A stretch of 64,000 bases of DNA from NCBI RefSeq assembly GCF_048593235.1, contig NC_133617.1, forward strand, positions 530,080,958-530,144,957, given 5' to 3'. Positions within the stretch are counted from its first letter, which is position 1, and each line of letters starts with the position of its first letter. Below the pieces are notes generated by a model that was not told the origin of the DNA, did no database searches, and saw only the letters and a program-made list of their open reading frames with translations. This stretch comes from Sminthopsis crassicaudata. Lineage: Eukaryota. Shown one piece after another: positions 12,305-24,796 of this stretch. The translations under genes were made by a program, and so were the position numbers.

Positions 12305-12881
12305 TGTAAGGGGCCTTTAAATGGGTGCCACAGTGCATCAGGAGATTGAGGCCCGGAAGTAATTTCTGTGGATATTAGGACTGCCCTTGGGCGGGATCCT
12401 GGCCATATTGAGATAGCTTCATAATGGGTGACTCTCTCGCTGATTGGCTGTGTGTGTGACCTCACAGGCCCTATATAAGCCCACTGCAGGCAGCAGGCGG
12501 TCCTCTTTAACCTGGCGTTCTTCACCCTGGCTTCCTAGCCTGGGTGGCCAAGCCAAGATGGGTAGCCAAAAGAGGTAAGGGTTTTGGTAGTGAACACGTG
12601 GGTCTTCTGACCAGGTGTTCACTAGGGAACCAACAAGTCAGGGCATCAGTCAGGGCATTATGTGAGTAGGTATAATAAAGGCTTTTAAGATTACACGTGG
12701 CTGTTCTTGAGTGCGCTACCGGTTATTAAGCTATAGATTCAAGAGATTGTGGCCAGAGTCCTTAGAAGGCCTCAGAGGAGGCGAGCCGGGTAGAGTTCAC
12801 ACTGCAAAGGACAGTGGTCAAAGGTACTCTGGTGGGTCTAGGACAGACTAGCAATAGTAACTGCCAAGAGAGCACGTTACA
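12305..12881 (+). mobile_element. solo LTR, young, 577 bp, 6-bp TSD GTTTAT
   Basis: TGTAA...TTACA termini; GTTTAT at 12299-12304 and 12882-12887; TATATAA 12472, reverse CCAAT 12442, AATAAA 12674; about a dozen CpGs retained. Confidence 0.92.
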
Positions 12882-15523
12882 GTTTATGCCAAAGGGGCTA
12901 TCACGAAAGCCAACAAAGCCATAAGAATGGAGAAAAAGGGAGAAAACACCATACAAAATATGCAAAAGTATAGGATGGTCAGGAAGAGTCCTAAAAAACA
13001 AACCAGCAAACCACAATACTTTGGAAAGGGAGAAAATATTAACCAAGAGCTAGGAAGTGAGAATGAGATTGGGGGGAGGGGAAGAAATGATAAAAAACAG
13101 CAAAACTGATGGAGAAGTTGAAAATGCCCTTGTTCCAGGACATTAATGAGCTTTTCTTATGACGACAGAACATATAGCCTTGTTAGTGTGGATCTTTTTA
13201 GACAAGCCATCTATCTACCTCATAAAAGGATAAAAACAATGCAAGTTTTTTGTTTTTTTTTTTAAATTAGTTTGCATTCTAGGGGGAGAAGAGAGCTTCA
13301 CTAGTATAAAGGGAAAAAAGGCAACTGGGGGCAATTCTCAAATTCCATTAGTCCACACTGAAAATATGGTAGGAGAGATATATTCTGCCAAATAAAAGGG
13401 AACTTTAAAAAAGGAAAGACATAGGTTAAGGAAAATTAAATTGAATTAAAAATAAAGAATATGAAAAGATAACAAAATAATAAAGAAAATAAAAAAGTAA
13501 TAACTAACGAGTTAATGGGAAGAGCATTAGAATTGAAGAATAAAAAGACCTGTTCAGAATCTACTAGTTTTCCAGAGAGAAAAATTATAGTGTTTTGAGA
13601 CTTTAGCTGCAAAATAGAGATAACACATGAATTTTCTAACCCATAGAGTTGTTGCAAAGAAAATTTTAAAGTCCCCTATACTATTCATGAATAATGACTA
13701 CTATACTGCTGCTGCTACTGCGGCTACTACTTCTACTGCTACAGTACTTGTCCCTAGAAACCTTACTGGGCAATCAATAAAAGAGAAATTGAAGATGAAT
13801 GGAAAATTTAAAAAAACAAAAGCAAAAATATATGAAGAAAATAAAGTAAAAGATATAAGTATTTAAGACCTAAAGGACAATAATTTTTTTTTAAGCCAAA
13901 GGATCTCAGATTTGAAGGGAACTGATTTATATCAACTTGTCCCAAAATAAGATTTTCTTATATAATCCCAGCAAATGAATTTTGACCATTTTTTCTGAAG
14001 GCTCCATTTTTGAAAAGCAGTAATAAAGAGGGAGTTTTCCTTATGTTGAACCGAAATTCGACTCTCTGATAACATGTAACCACTTAAGTTAGGACTGCCC
14101 TTTGGGGCCAAAGGAGTAAGTCTAATCTCCTACATGAAAATCTTTCAAGAGACTACAGGAAACAGAAAAATCAGGGCAAAGCAGGGATGTCACAAATAGT
14201 ATTTTATGTAACTTACAGCTAGGAAAAGCTTATTAACTAATTACCAAATCAGCACTTATCCAAAAGAAGGGAGAGATTAAGAAGAGACAGTAATAGCCTC
14301 TGAAAGTACAATGAAAAAGATTTTTGTAGCCATCTGACAAAGATTATGGCAAAAAGCTATAAAGAGTTTGTGAAATCTTATTAAAAAGGAGGAGGAAATG
14401 GGAAGAGAGAACAAAGAATTAAGATCTTAGACATAAATGCTCTCAGAGAGAATAGAAGAACCAAAGCATAAATATGTAAAAGTGTCATAAAAAGCTCTGC
14501 TGAAAAGAATAAAGTTCAGTATAAACTGAAAAAGAAAGAAAAAGGAAGGAAAATTTGAATTTGCTAGGTTTATAAGTAATTGATAGGTGACTATGTTTTT
14601 GTGAATTTTTTTCTTGATTTGGTTGGGAGAAAAAATTAGTAAATAACAGAGAAATACATTAAATAATTTATAGTATTCAGCAACTACCTAGCCTGTAGCA
14701 ATTTTCTTTTCTGAATAATTTTAACAAATAGTTCAGTTATTTATTTGGCTTAAACAAGACACTCCTAGTGAAGAGTGATGGATTAAAAGCTCCTCTAAAT
14801 TTCACTAATTTTTTTTTTCTTTTTTTTTTTTTTGAAGTATTGTTGGACTTACGGTATATTTTCATTTGAAACAGATTTGATGTTGAAGGGTAACAATAGG
14901 GATGTTATGTCAATTTTAAAGAGGCTTACAGCTGGATCTATTTAAAAGTAGTAAAATAATTCACACCTAGTTTTTAGAAAGAAGGAACAATGGGATATTT
15001 ATTTGAAATATCAGAACTAAATTAATATGAACATAAAATATTTATTCCTATTTTCAAAAATAAATTAATATCTGACATTTATATAATGGTTTTAAGATTT
15101 ATGAGACCTCAAATACATTATCTTATCTGGTCCTCTTAGAAACTTTGTAAAGCATAAGTATTATATCCACTTTATAGATAAGGAAATTGAGGCTCAGAGG
15201 ATATAAATGACTTGTTTATGGTCATAGCTAATGAGAGCGAGTGGCTGAATTTGAACCCACGACTTACTTCCAAATTTTAAATCCAGCTGCCCTATCTACC
15301 ATAAACCAAATTGCCTCTCAAACCATATAAAAACATTGTTCTAATAAATAGAACAACGTCTTTCATAATATCTTAGTACAAATTAGTCAAGCAGAAGAAT
15401 CAAGGACTATGAATGTATTTAATCCTACTCTATAAATTATTTGATATCAAAAAAAATTCTTACCAAATGTTGACAAAATATCTTGCAAAGAGAACAATAG
15501 AACTTTATCACTTTCTTTCTTTC

Positions 15524-15645
15524 CTTTTTTTTTTTTTTTGCTGAGGCAATTGGGGTTGTCACTTGCCCAGGGTCACACAGCTAGGAAGCATCAAGTATCT
15601 GAGGTCAAATTTGAACTCAGGTCCTCCTGACTTCAGGGCCAGTGA
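15524..15645 (-). mobile_element. WSINE1-type SINE, 5'-truncated
   Basis: polyT, then gctgaggcaattgggg...cacttgcccagggtcacacagctagg...atttgaactcaggtcctcctgacttcaggg. Confidence 0.85.
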
Positions 15646-15849
15646 ATCACTGACTTTCAAAAACAGTTTTAATGCTCACCCTTCATGATATTCAGAGCAC
15701 TGCAGAATACTAGAACTGGAAGGGACCTTCAGGATTATCTAACCTAGCTTCCCATTCCCTAGACATCATTTTCCAAAAAAGAAAACTGACAACTACTGTA
15801 AAGTTATTTGCCTAATTGGTGACAGCTCATATATCTACTTTTCCAGCCA

Positions 15850-16260
15850 AGTTTCTTGAATCTGCGGTTTATACCCACAGAAAACATTACTGCCTCAGCC
15901 ACTCCTCCTCCTTAGCCGGCTAAAATCTGGTTTCTTCCCCCTGACTGTTTGACTTATAAACTACTCTCTCTAAGGTCATCATTAAACTCCTGTTAGCCAA
16001 ATCTAATGGCCTTTTCCTAAACTTCCTCAAAATTTCTACTGTATTTGATACAGCCCATACTTTCCTTTTCCTCTTAAAACTCTCCCCTCTAGTTTCTTTG
16101 ATGTCAGTTTACATTAGAACTCCTTGCTGTGTCCTTCATCTAGGTCCTCATTACCCCTATTACCATTTGGTTACCTCTCAAGGCTCACTTCAGCACTCTA
16201 AGCTCTTCATAACCAATGTAAAACACTCATTTCTTCCATTTATTACTCAACTTGCTAACT
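15850..16260 (+). mobile_element. L2 ORF2 (RT region) fragment
   Basis: ctcctgttagccaaatctaatggccttttc...gtatttgatacagccc...ctctcccctct L2 signature. Confidence 0.7.
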
Positions 16261-16644
16261 CTCACAGCAATCTTTTCCAGTATCAGGGGAAATGGTAGTT
16301 TTTTTTTGTTTGTTTGTTTTTGTTTTTTTTACTGAGACCCCTATGTTTAGATCAACTCCAGTGATAATAATATATCAACTGAACTTCTAAACACAGAGTA
16401 AGAACATGAAGGTGACAAAATCTAATTGCGGAGGAAATGATGGAAAATCAAGGTCAAATTGGTAGATCTAGACCAAAAATAAAGGGATTAGGAGCTGCAG
16501 TGAAATAAAAGCAGCAAGTATAAATCAAGGTTGAAGAAGGAGAAAAGAAGTCTCAGTTAAGATTGCCAGGCTAAAACCAACAACAGTAGGAATCTAACAT
16601 GGGGACTGAGGAAGCACTGAAGTTCACACTTACGGGCTAGAATA

Positions 16645-16822
16645 CGACTTCTCAAACTTTTTCTGCTTGCAACCCTTTTTCACCTTAGAAATTTTTGCCC
16701 AATCTTGGGCTTACAGGTATACAAATTAAACCTTTACTGATAATAAATCATAATTTTACAACCTTCATGTTCAATTATAAGGTCCCATATGGGGTTACAA
16801 CCCACAGTTTAAGAAGCTGGGG
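16645..16822. mobile_element. short non-autonomous hAT-like DNA element
   Basis: Imperfect terminal inverted repeats gacttctcaaact / agtttaagaagctg. Confidence 0.55.
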
Positions 16823-17199
16823 GTTGGAATATGTAAGGATTATAAAAGCATCGATCACTAGCAGGAGAAACCGAGGTGATAGGGAGAGAATGATTTGCCT
16901 AAATGACAGCAAATTAACAGCAGCTTAAAAAACTTTTTTTTTTTTAAGCGCCAACATATTTCTAAATGCCTGTAAAATATCTCCATCTGAATGTCCTGAC
17001 ATCACCTCAAAATCAGTGCATTCAAAAGAAAACTATCATTTCTGCTAATCCTTTTCCCTTTCCCAACTTCCTTCTCTGTCAATTGGCATCAATTTCCTAA
17101 GTCCTCCACATCCAAAAGTTTTAACTTAATAAGCATTTATCCACTTAGATACTCTGACATTTTCAAGCATCTGCTACAAGCAACTAATTATTTTTTATA

Positions 17200-17990
17200 G
17201 GTAATAAGAGAGCTAGCTTCAAAGACAGTAGGTTCAAGTCTGGACTCTGACATATCAAAGTGCCCATGGCACTTTGGGCAAAATACTCAAATTTTCAGTG
17301 TTCTGGGCAATTTTCTAATGTGACATATGAAAAGTCCAAGAGATAATTCATAATCAATTCTTATTAATTATGGTTAGCAGATAATTAATAAAATGATGGC
17401 TTTCTCTCATAAACCAAAGATGAATCATGATGGCCACTCAATATTTAGAAACCCTTGAAAAAGTGGGTGTTCTTGATAGGTGGAAATCAACTCTGATTGG
17501 TTAATTAATCAGAGAATGAATATTATAATGAGAGCTGAGCTTATTCTAAAGAGGGGCTGAGGACATGCTTTTGATTATGTCACTTAGGACAAGGAGATCT
17601 CAATCCAGACAATTCCTAACTCAGGCAATCCATACCAAAGGATCTATCTTCTACCTAGTCAATGAACAATGAAAGATGGAAGAGTAAGAATTCCATCCAG
17701 ATAAAATGGTTTTGAGTGGAGTTAAATTTTTGGATAAATTTTTTGGGTAGGGTCAAAACTGTCCTGGGTTTTGATAGAAGAAATAGAAAGAAAAAAAATC
17801 CTAATTCTAATTTAATAATTGGTTATTAATATAAGGGAAAATAATCATTTTTCTCACTAAGACTACAAATTACAGAGAAGGTATCAAGTCATAATGTTAG
17901 ATATAATCTCCTTACTTGAAAATTCCTCATCCCAATGAAACCAGAGGTCCAATCTATTCACTCTTGGCTTCAGAGAGTTTACAATATACA
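17200..17990 (+). mobile_element. MIR3-type SINE split by an LTR insertion
   Basis: 5' part ends ...gggcaattttctaa (17318) and resumes ctaagactacaaattacagagaagg (17857), matching the intact junction seen in the copy near 1310-1335. Confidence 0.7.
17319..17856. mobile_element. solo LTR, 538 bp, 4-bp TSD CTAA (ERV1-like by TSD length)
   Basis: TG...CA ends; CTAA at 17315-17318 and 17857-17860; host SINE is continuous once the insert is removed. Confidence 0.82.
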
Positions 17991-18251
17991 ATTAACCATA
18001 ATACAAATTAGAAATGATTAAGTGCTTAGAAGTCAAACAATTTCCTCTGGTCCTTCTCAACATCTAATCAGCCTTCAAAAGTTCACAAATATTTCCTTTG
18101 ATTCATCCTTTTTCTACTCTTACTGCCACCATATTAGCCTATGTCTTCCCACTCTTTGTGATTGGATTACCACCTTGTCAGTGTCCTTGGCCATCTTCTC
18201 TTTGTCCAACCAAAAACATTTTACAAAAAAAAAAATAAATAAATAAAAGTT

Positions 18252-18403
18252 GGGGTAGCTAGGCGGTGCAGTGGATAGAGCACCAGCCCTAAATTCAGGA
18301 GGACCTGAGTTCAAATCTGGCCTCAGATACTTAACACTTCCTAGCTGTGTGACCCTGGGCAAGTCACTTAACCCCAGCCTCAGGGGAAAAAAAAAAAAAA
18401 AGA
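18252..18403 (+). mobile_element. WSINE1, full length, young, 16-bp TSD
   Basis: A box, B box, CORE and polyA tail; TSD caaaaacattttacaa at 18211-18226 and 18404-18419. Confidence 0.93.
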
Positions 18404-18694
18404 CAAAAACATTTTACAACTCCTAACACTCTGCTGTCTCCTAAGAGCTAGGTACACAGTTGGAACACAATAAATATTTGCTGACTATCAGGATAAATAA
18501 GAAATAACTAATAGAGGAAAGATCAACAAATGATCTTAGAGCAACTTAGAGAGTTGCATGGGGCATTGAGTTGAATCCAAGAATTGAATCCACGTGTCCT
18601 GAGTCCAATTCTTCAGGCAATACAACATATTCTCTTTTTAATACAGTTATTTTCAAGTTTATAAAGCACCTTCTTTATAACAATCCTGTGGGAT

Positions 18695-18890
18695 GGATAA
18701 AGGTTATTAGAATACAGGACTTTGAAGTAGGAAGACCTCATTTCAAATGGGGTCTCAGCCTCTTACTACAAATCTCAGTTTCTTCATTTGTAAAATGGAG
18801 GGGAATAGCACCGACCTCCCAGGGTTGTTGTGGGGATCAATAAGGTAACATATGTAATGTGCTTAGCAAAACCTTAAAACAGTGTACAAA
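18695..18890 (+). mobile_element. MIR-type SINE
   Basis: tctcagtttcttcatttgtaaaatggaggg...cagggttgttgtggggatcaa...tgtgcttagcaaacc-like MIR core and tail. Confidence 0.7.
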
Positions 18891-21057
18891 TGTTATCACT
18901 GTAACTTTTATTATTCCAGTATTACCAAAGAGGGAATTGAAAATCAAAGACTTCCTTATAATCATACAACTATTAAGTATCTGAGTTATTAGTGACCTGA
19001 AGCAGGATCCATTACCAATTCTCTCATTCCAAGCCCTATCTTTATGCCAGAGGACCTAAGGGGATTGATAGACTCTAAAATCAAAGATCAGGTCAACAGG
19101 AGCGGGAACAAAGGAGAGACGACCAACAAAAGTAATACAAAACCAAGCTTGTTTTGGGATCAAGGATGAGGCAAGCTTGTTCTCTCTGACCTGTGCTTCC
19201 TGCTCTGTGTAAGCTGGTAAGGGCTTACAGACTGTTCACTTGCCACCAGGGAGGAGGAGGAGGAGGAAAGCCCCACTGCTTCCACTAGCTGCTTATTATT
19301 CCTTAGGGACAGCAGGATGAGCTTTCCTGGGAAAATTCTTAGATCCAGAAAGTCCCGCCTCAGCCCTACCTTCCCCATCTATTAAATCCTAACAAGTTCT
19401 TCAACACCTTCTTCAAGTCCCATTTGGTTCGCAGTCTTCTGATTACTGAAATAATCACAAGTGTTACTGAACACTGCCCTGGGACAGATGAAGCTGAGAC
19501 CTTTACCTTAAAAACTGCAGCATCTGCATTCGACCTGGAGCCCTTCCTGCTACCTATATCCCACACTAATCTCCCACTTTTCCCTTTACAAGATTGGGTT
19601 GGATGGAAAACTATTGTATCTGAAGTAGATGCAGGAAGGGCTGAGGAAAAGGTAGTCTCCTACAGGGGCATTTTTTTTTTCTAGAATTAACTCCTACTAT
19701 AACCTTAGGCTACTGATATTTCTATAACATCATGATAACAGGAAGAAAAACTAGTGTTTATTCCACAAGGAAACAAGGTATTTTCATACCTGTACCTCAT
19801 CAAACTGGGAATGCCATCTGGTTTGACTGTAGACTGATGAAGAATAAATGTCACAGAGAATTTTAACCCTCTTATTTCAAGAGGCTAGTCTTATTCTAAA
19901 TAATGCTCAAAAGCAAGGTTTAAAAATGCCCCCAAATGAGTTAATTGATCTATCTTTTTTTTAAAATTAAAAATACTGATTTTTTCACACTTTCATTAAT
20001 ATTGCTGTCAGAAAAATTTATACCACCACACCCATAGTGCATTAACACCCGCAGCATTAACACAAATATTTATCAAATTAAAATGCTGTACGTTGAAATT
20101 TGGAATTTACAGGAGTAAAAACAATAATATCTATTTCTACTTGCTCTCATATGTCAAAGGGAGTAAAATGGTCTAGTATTACTAACTTTCAACTTTGGTA
20201 CAAAATGAGAATCTTATTTTTGAACATTACAGACAGATAAAATATTCTTTTTTCATAATTATTAGTGAAACCAATTCTATTTCTGCCTTCATAATGAAGA
20301 TTACTGTAAATGTGTCCTAACTGTTAATTCTGTTTTTCTAAACTGAACATAACTATATGTAGATAATGCAATATACATATGTATAATACATTTTACATGA
20401 AGCTTTACATCAAAATAAAAGATAAAACTCTGATATGAGAAAATTATATATTAAATAGGAATTAATCTCGTATAATTAAAACATAGCAAAATATTTTTCT
20501 CATAAAAAAGATCCAGTTTTAAATTTAGAAATAGCTTTCTAACAAGTTAAAATGATAAAAGAGCACAAGATTAATATGCAAATAAATGAAGGCTCTATGA
20601 CATCATTAACATGGGGAAATCCCTCCATCATTGAAGAAAAAAATCACATCTTTCCTTATGACAAAATAGAGAGGTATTAGGATGTTGCTTGAGGCAGGTA
20701 AAGGTTAAATGACTTATTCAAGATCACGTAATTAGTAAGCATCAAAATTAAGATAGGAACCCTGACTCCAAGCCTAACACACTATATATGTACTGTGACA
20801 CTGCTTCTCATTAACCAGACAAATAAGCTAGAAAATGAATTAGTACAGGCACAGCCCTTAACCTATTAGTGTATCTGTGGCTTTATTAGTGAATACCAAG
20901 ACTATTTCATTTGAAGTTAGAGAATTTTAATGAGTGCACATGCCAACATTTATCACTATAAACCAAATATTTAATGGTAACACTAAGGCCAGCAGATCAC
21001 CACTGAAGTATTATTACATACAATGTCAGAATCAATAACTTTCAAATGGTTTCCTAC

Positions 21058-21110
21058 CTTGAAGACACAGGGCAGCTAGCTCCACAGCAGTCTCATAAGG
21101 GCATTTTAAT
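21058..21110 (-). CDS. EPB41L4B: EPB41L4B coding exon (~exon 6), 53 nt, (K)LKCPYETAVELAALCLQ(A)
   Basis: ttttctttgaAG|ATTAAAATGC...CTTCAAG|GTagga. Phase 2 in, phase 1 out. Confidence 0.96.
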
Positions 21111-23364
21111 CTTCAAAGAAAAGAAATTAGCTCAGAATATGCATCTTTCTTAAATGTACATATAAGGAATACAATTATACTAAAATGGACTTTTTTAAGG
21201 TTTCCAAGAAAATCTGGATCACTATTTTTTTTATTGTTTTCTTAATATATTCTATAGTCATATTTTCAAAACAGAAATAACCAAACACACTGAACTATTT
21301 AAGAGTGATTATTTCAGAATATGAAAAACAATGTTTCATAATACTTGGGATTTGATTATAATCATATGTAGCATCTACTCAACTTTTTAAACAAAATTAG
21401 ATAAAATTAGTTACAGGGATGGAAAATTGTGGGATGTAATGTTGGGGTCCTTTACGCAGTGATTTACAAAATTCTTAGGGAGGAAACTCCATTTACATGA
21501 AGATTGCTAATTGTTCTGCAGTCTTTTCTTAAGAGAGGTTATGATATGCTCAGGAACATACAGCCAATATAGATCAAAGGCTACAATGAAAGGTCTCTCT
21601 GACTCTGAGAACATCTCTCTAAGCCATTAAAAATGTGTGTCTCTAATATAGTATTATTTATTATTATTGAAAAGTTTGACATACATTGATTCAGTTGTTC
21701 TAAAAATAAAATCAAGACAATTCATATTCTTTAATTAACTGAGTTCATTCTAAGTATTACTTCAGATGTGATAGTAATGTTTAATCATGGAAAGAAATCT
21801 TAAGTTTCTTTAAAATGGGAAACAGCCATGAATATTTCAGATTTTTTTTTTAAACCAAATTTTCCACTCTTTCTTTTTTGGTAGTAAACATTTTGCTCAT
21901 GTTTCAAAGAAGAAACAAAGTTAATACAATCATTTGTAAAGAGATGATGAATATTGCTCTGGGACCTCTTTCTTTCTAAAACTTAGCCAAATCCTGAAGA
22001 GCCTAAAAAGCCAAACCAGGAAAACGTAGAAAGGAATGGGGTGAACATTTCAAGTCAAATAGAAGCAATTTCACAATTAAATTGTTTGGCGTTTTCAGTG
22101 TCTCTTCTTAACTTTATTAAGGTGTGAATAAAGAGTTAAGTGTACCCAATGATCTCCATTTTTTAATACTCACTTATTAAAGATAACTGATTGATCTTTT
22201 CATATGTACATTTTACATAGTTTCCTATCTTGTTTAAAGCACAAAAGATCATACTCTGAGAAATGGTAGAAGATTAACTGGCTTTGATGCTATTTTTAAA
22301 AAAATAGCTTAGTTTCCTAGTCTATCAGCAAAAGGCACTATAACAATCACTGGCACACTTTGTATTTGGACATTGTATAGAATTGATCATATTTTTGACT
22401 TTTTTAAACTGATACTTTTTTTAGTCCAATCATGCTTTGAACATGCAGAAGACAAAATTTCCTTTCCCTATATAATTGATTTCAGTTAATAAAAAAAAGC
22501 CAACAATAATCTGTTTCTAATGCTTTAAAGAGGTATCATTAACAGCAATGCACATACACATACAAAATATATGAACATGATATCAAGGATCAAAGATTTG
22601 GTTAACAAGACTGAGAGAGACAAATACATGCATTATACTGTCTACTTATTTTATATTGCATATTCCAGCTAATTTTCCCAAGTTTCAAAAGGTCATTATA
22701 GATAATAAAACTATTTCTTACTCTAGCAGTAGGTATCTGGGTTTCTGACTATTAGTCAAAATTATTTATATACATTCTTAGCAATCATGTGATAGAAAGA
22801 ATTAACTTTAGATACTGAAACTATGAAATAATTATATAAAACCTTGATTATTTGGATTCATATTTCATATAAAGGAGTACAGCATGTGAAACTCAATACT
22901 TCAATACCAAAATATTTTAATAAGTTATTATTATAACTCAAAGATTGAAGGAAATAATTACTGGAAATTTACTTTTAAGTAAAGAAAATGACAACATTCA
23001 AATCCTCTTTCCACCTGACTCAGGAGACAATCCCTTTACATTACTTAAATGCAGATGGTGATGAATGGGATATTTGGGCAAATATCTGTACCTGTATACA
23101 TATAATAATGTATTTTACAGAAATAAAACAAAAGCCATCATGGATGGACCAGTGATGTGATCAGAAAGATAAAGATATCTGTATGCACATCACTTTAAAA
23201 AGAAAATATTTTTGGAAATTATTCAAGCTACACAGCACTTAAAAAATAAAATGATGATATGGTAGAAATAATAGATCTACTTAATAAAAGCTGATGCTTT
23301 TTTATTTTTTAAAGAACATGACTAATATAACAGGATTCAGAGTGTATAACAAAAACATACTTAC

Positions 23365-23409
23365 TTTCCTGAAAGAATGTCATGCCTGAGTTGTAATACA
23401 AACAGGTAC
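23365..23409 (-). CDS. EPB41L4B: EPB41L4B coding exon (~exon 5), 45 nt, (R)YLFVLQLRHDILSG(K)
   Basis: tttgtcAG|GTACCTGTTT...TCAGGAAA|GTaagt. Phase 2 in and out. Confidence 0.96.
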
Positions 23410-23619
23410 CTGACAAATATATACAAAAGTCAACAAATAATGTCTTTCCAAGACTCTATCATTCCCAAATTTCCCATTGTAAATACCACCCCAGACATTA
23501 AATCTTTATTGAACAATTTTGAATTATTAAAAAAAAATACTCAAATAAAATTTCAACTTTTGTAGAAGACTTTCCTCTATAGGACTTATCTCCTGAAATA
23601 TATTCCAGAATTTCCTAAA

Positions 23620-24000
23620 GAAATGTGCATTTTGGACATGGCTCTTTTCAACATCAAGAATTCAGGCCAGTTCCAATGGTCTTGTGATGGAGAGCCATCT
23701 GCAACCAGAGAAAGGACTGTGGGAACTGTGTGGATCATAAGATATGATTTTCACTCTTCCTGTTGTTCTTTGCTTGCTTTTTCTTTTTTGATCTGTATTT
23801 TCTTATGCAACATGATAATTGTGGAAATACATATAGAAGAATTGAACGTTTAACATATATTGGATTATTTGCTATCTGTGGAAGAGGATGGGGGAAAGGG
23901 AGGGAAAAATTTGGAACACAAGGTTTTGCAAGGATGAATATTGAAAATTATCCATGCATATATCTTGAAAATAAAAATCTTTAATTAAAAAAAAGAAACG
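23620..24000 (+). mobile_element. marsupial L1 3' end (3'UTR + polyA)
   Basis: ggacatggctcttttcaac...gagagccatctgcaaccagaga...ggaacacaaggttttgcaagg...aaaataaaa followed by an A tail. Confidence 0.85.
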
Positions 24001-24585
24001 TGCATTTTACAGAAATCATAAGATATTTGTGAGCTTGTTGCTCTCTAACAAATGTGACTTGTGCACTCCAACAAATATACCTCAACGTTTCCTTAACGTT
24101 TAAGAAGAGAACCAAACAGGACAAAAAACATGGCAAATATGTGTACAATTCTTCCAAAAGAACAGCAAGACAGCTGTCCTGAAACATCCAAAAACATCTT
24201 CCATTGTCAGACTCATAGGAAAATCTAAAGCTGACTTTGTAACTAGCAATTAATTTTTTTAAAGCATATTTTTTTAAAGGATAGGAGGAAAAGACCTGGT
24301 TTTGATTAGTAATGATGACATATATGAAATAAAGATGGGGACACAGTGTTATGAGGAGGTAGCAGACAAATTAATATGAACGTGTTTCACCAAAGTTAAA
24401 TGTTTCATGGATTCAATGACGTTTCTATGCAACAGGTTTGAATGAAAAGGTTCCTGAGTAACTAGGTGAGACACTGAAAAAACATTTTTGTTTTTAGGAA
24501 TTTCAAAATAAAGATGAGATACAAACTTTTTTTTCCTGTATTCTGGATAAAAGAGAAATGGATGAAGAATAATATATTTAAAAGT

Positions 24586-24652
24586 GGGGGCACTAGGTGG
24601 TGCAATGGATAGAGCACCAGCCCTGAAATCAGGAGGACCTGAGTTCAAATCT
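24586..24652 (+). mobile_element. WSINE1 5' part, running into an assembly gap
   Basis: gggggcactaggtggtgcaatggatagagcaccagccctgaaatcaggaggacctgagttcaaatct, then N. Confidence 0.85.
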
Positions 24653-24796
24653 NNNNNNNNNNNNNNNNNNNNNNNNNNNNNNNNNNNNNNNNNNNNNNNN
24701 NNNNNNNNNNNNNNNNNNNNNNNNNNNNNNNNNNNNNNNNNNNNNNNNNNNNNNNNNNNNNNNNNNNNNNNNNNNNNNNNNNNNNNNNNNNNNNNN
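24653..24796. other. assembly gap (144 N)
   Basis: Run of N. Confidence 1.

Noticed and set aside
13690-13745. Ala/Thr-rich ORF segment (TAAATAATTSTAT)
   Set aside because: Degenerate CTG/CTA trinucleotide repeat with no splice or coding context.
18252-18330. tRNA gene (A/B boxes present)
   Set aside because: tRNA-derived SINE head followed by CORE, polyA tail and TSD; no cloverleaf.
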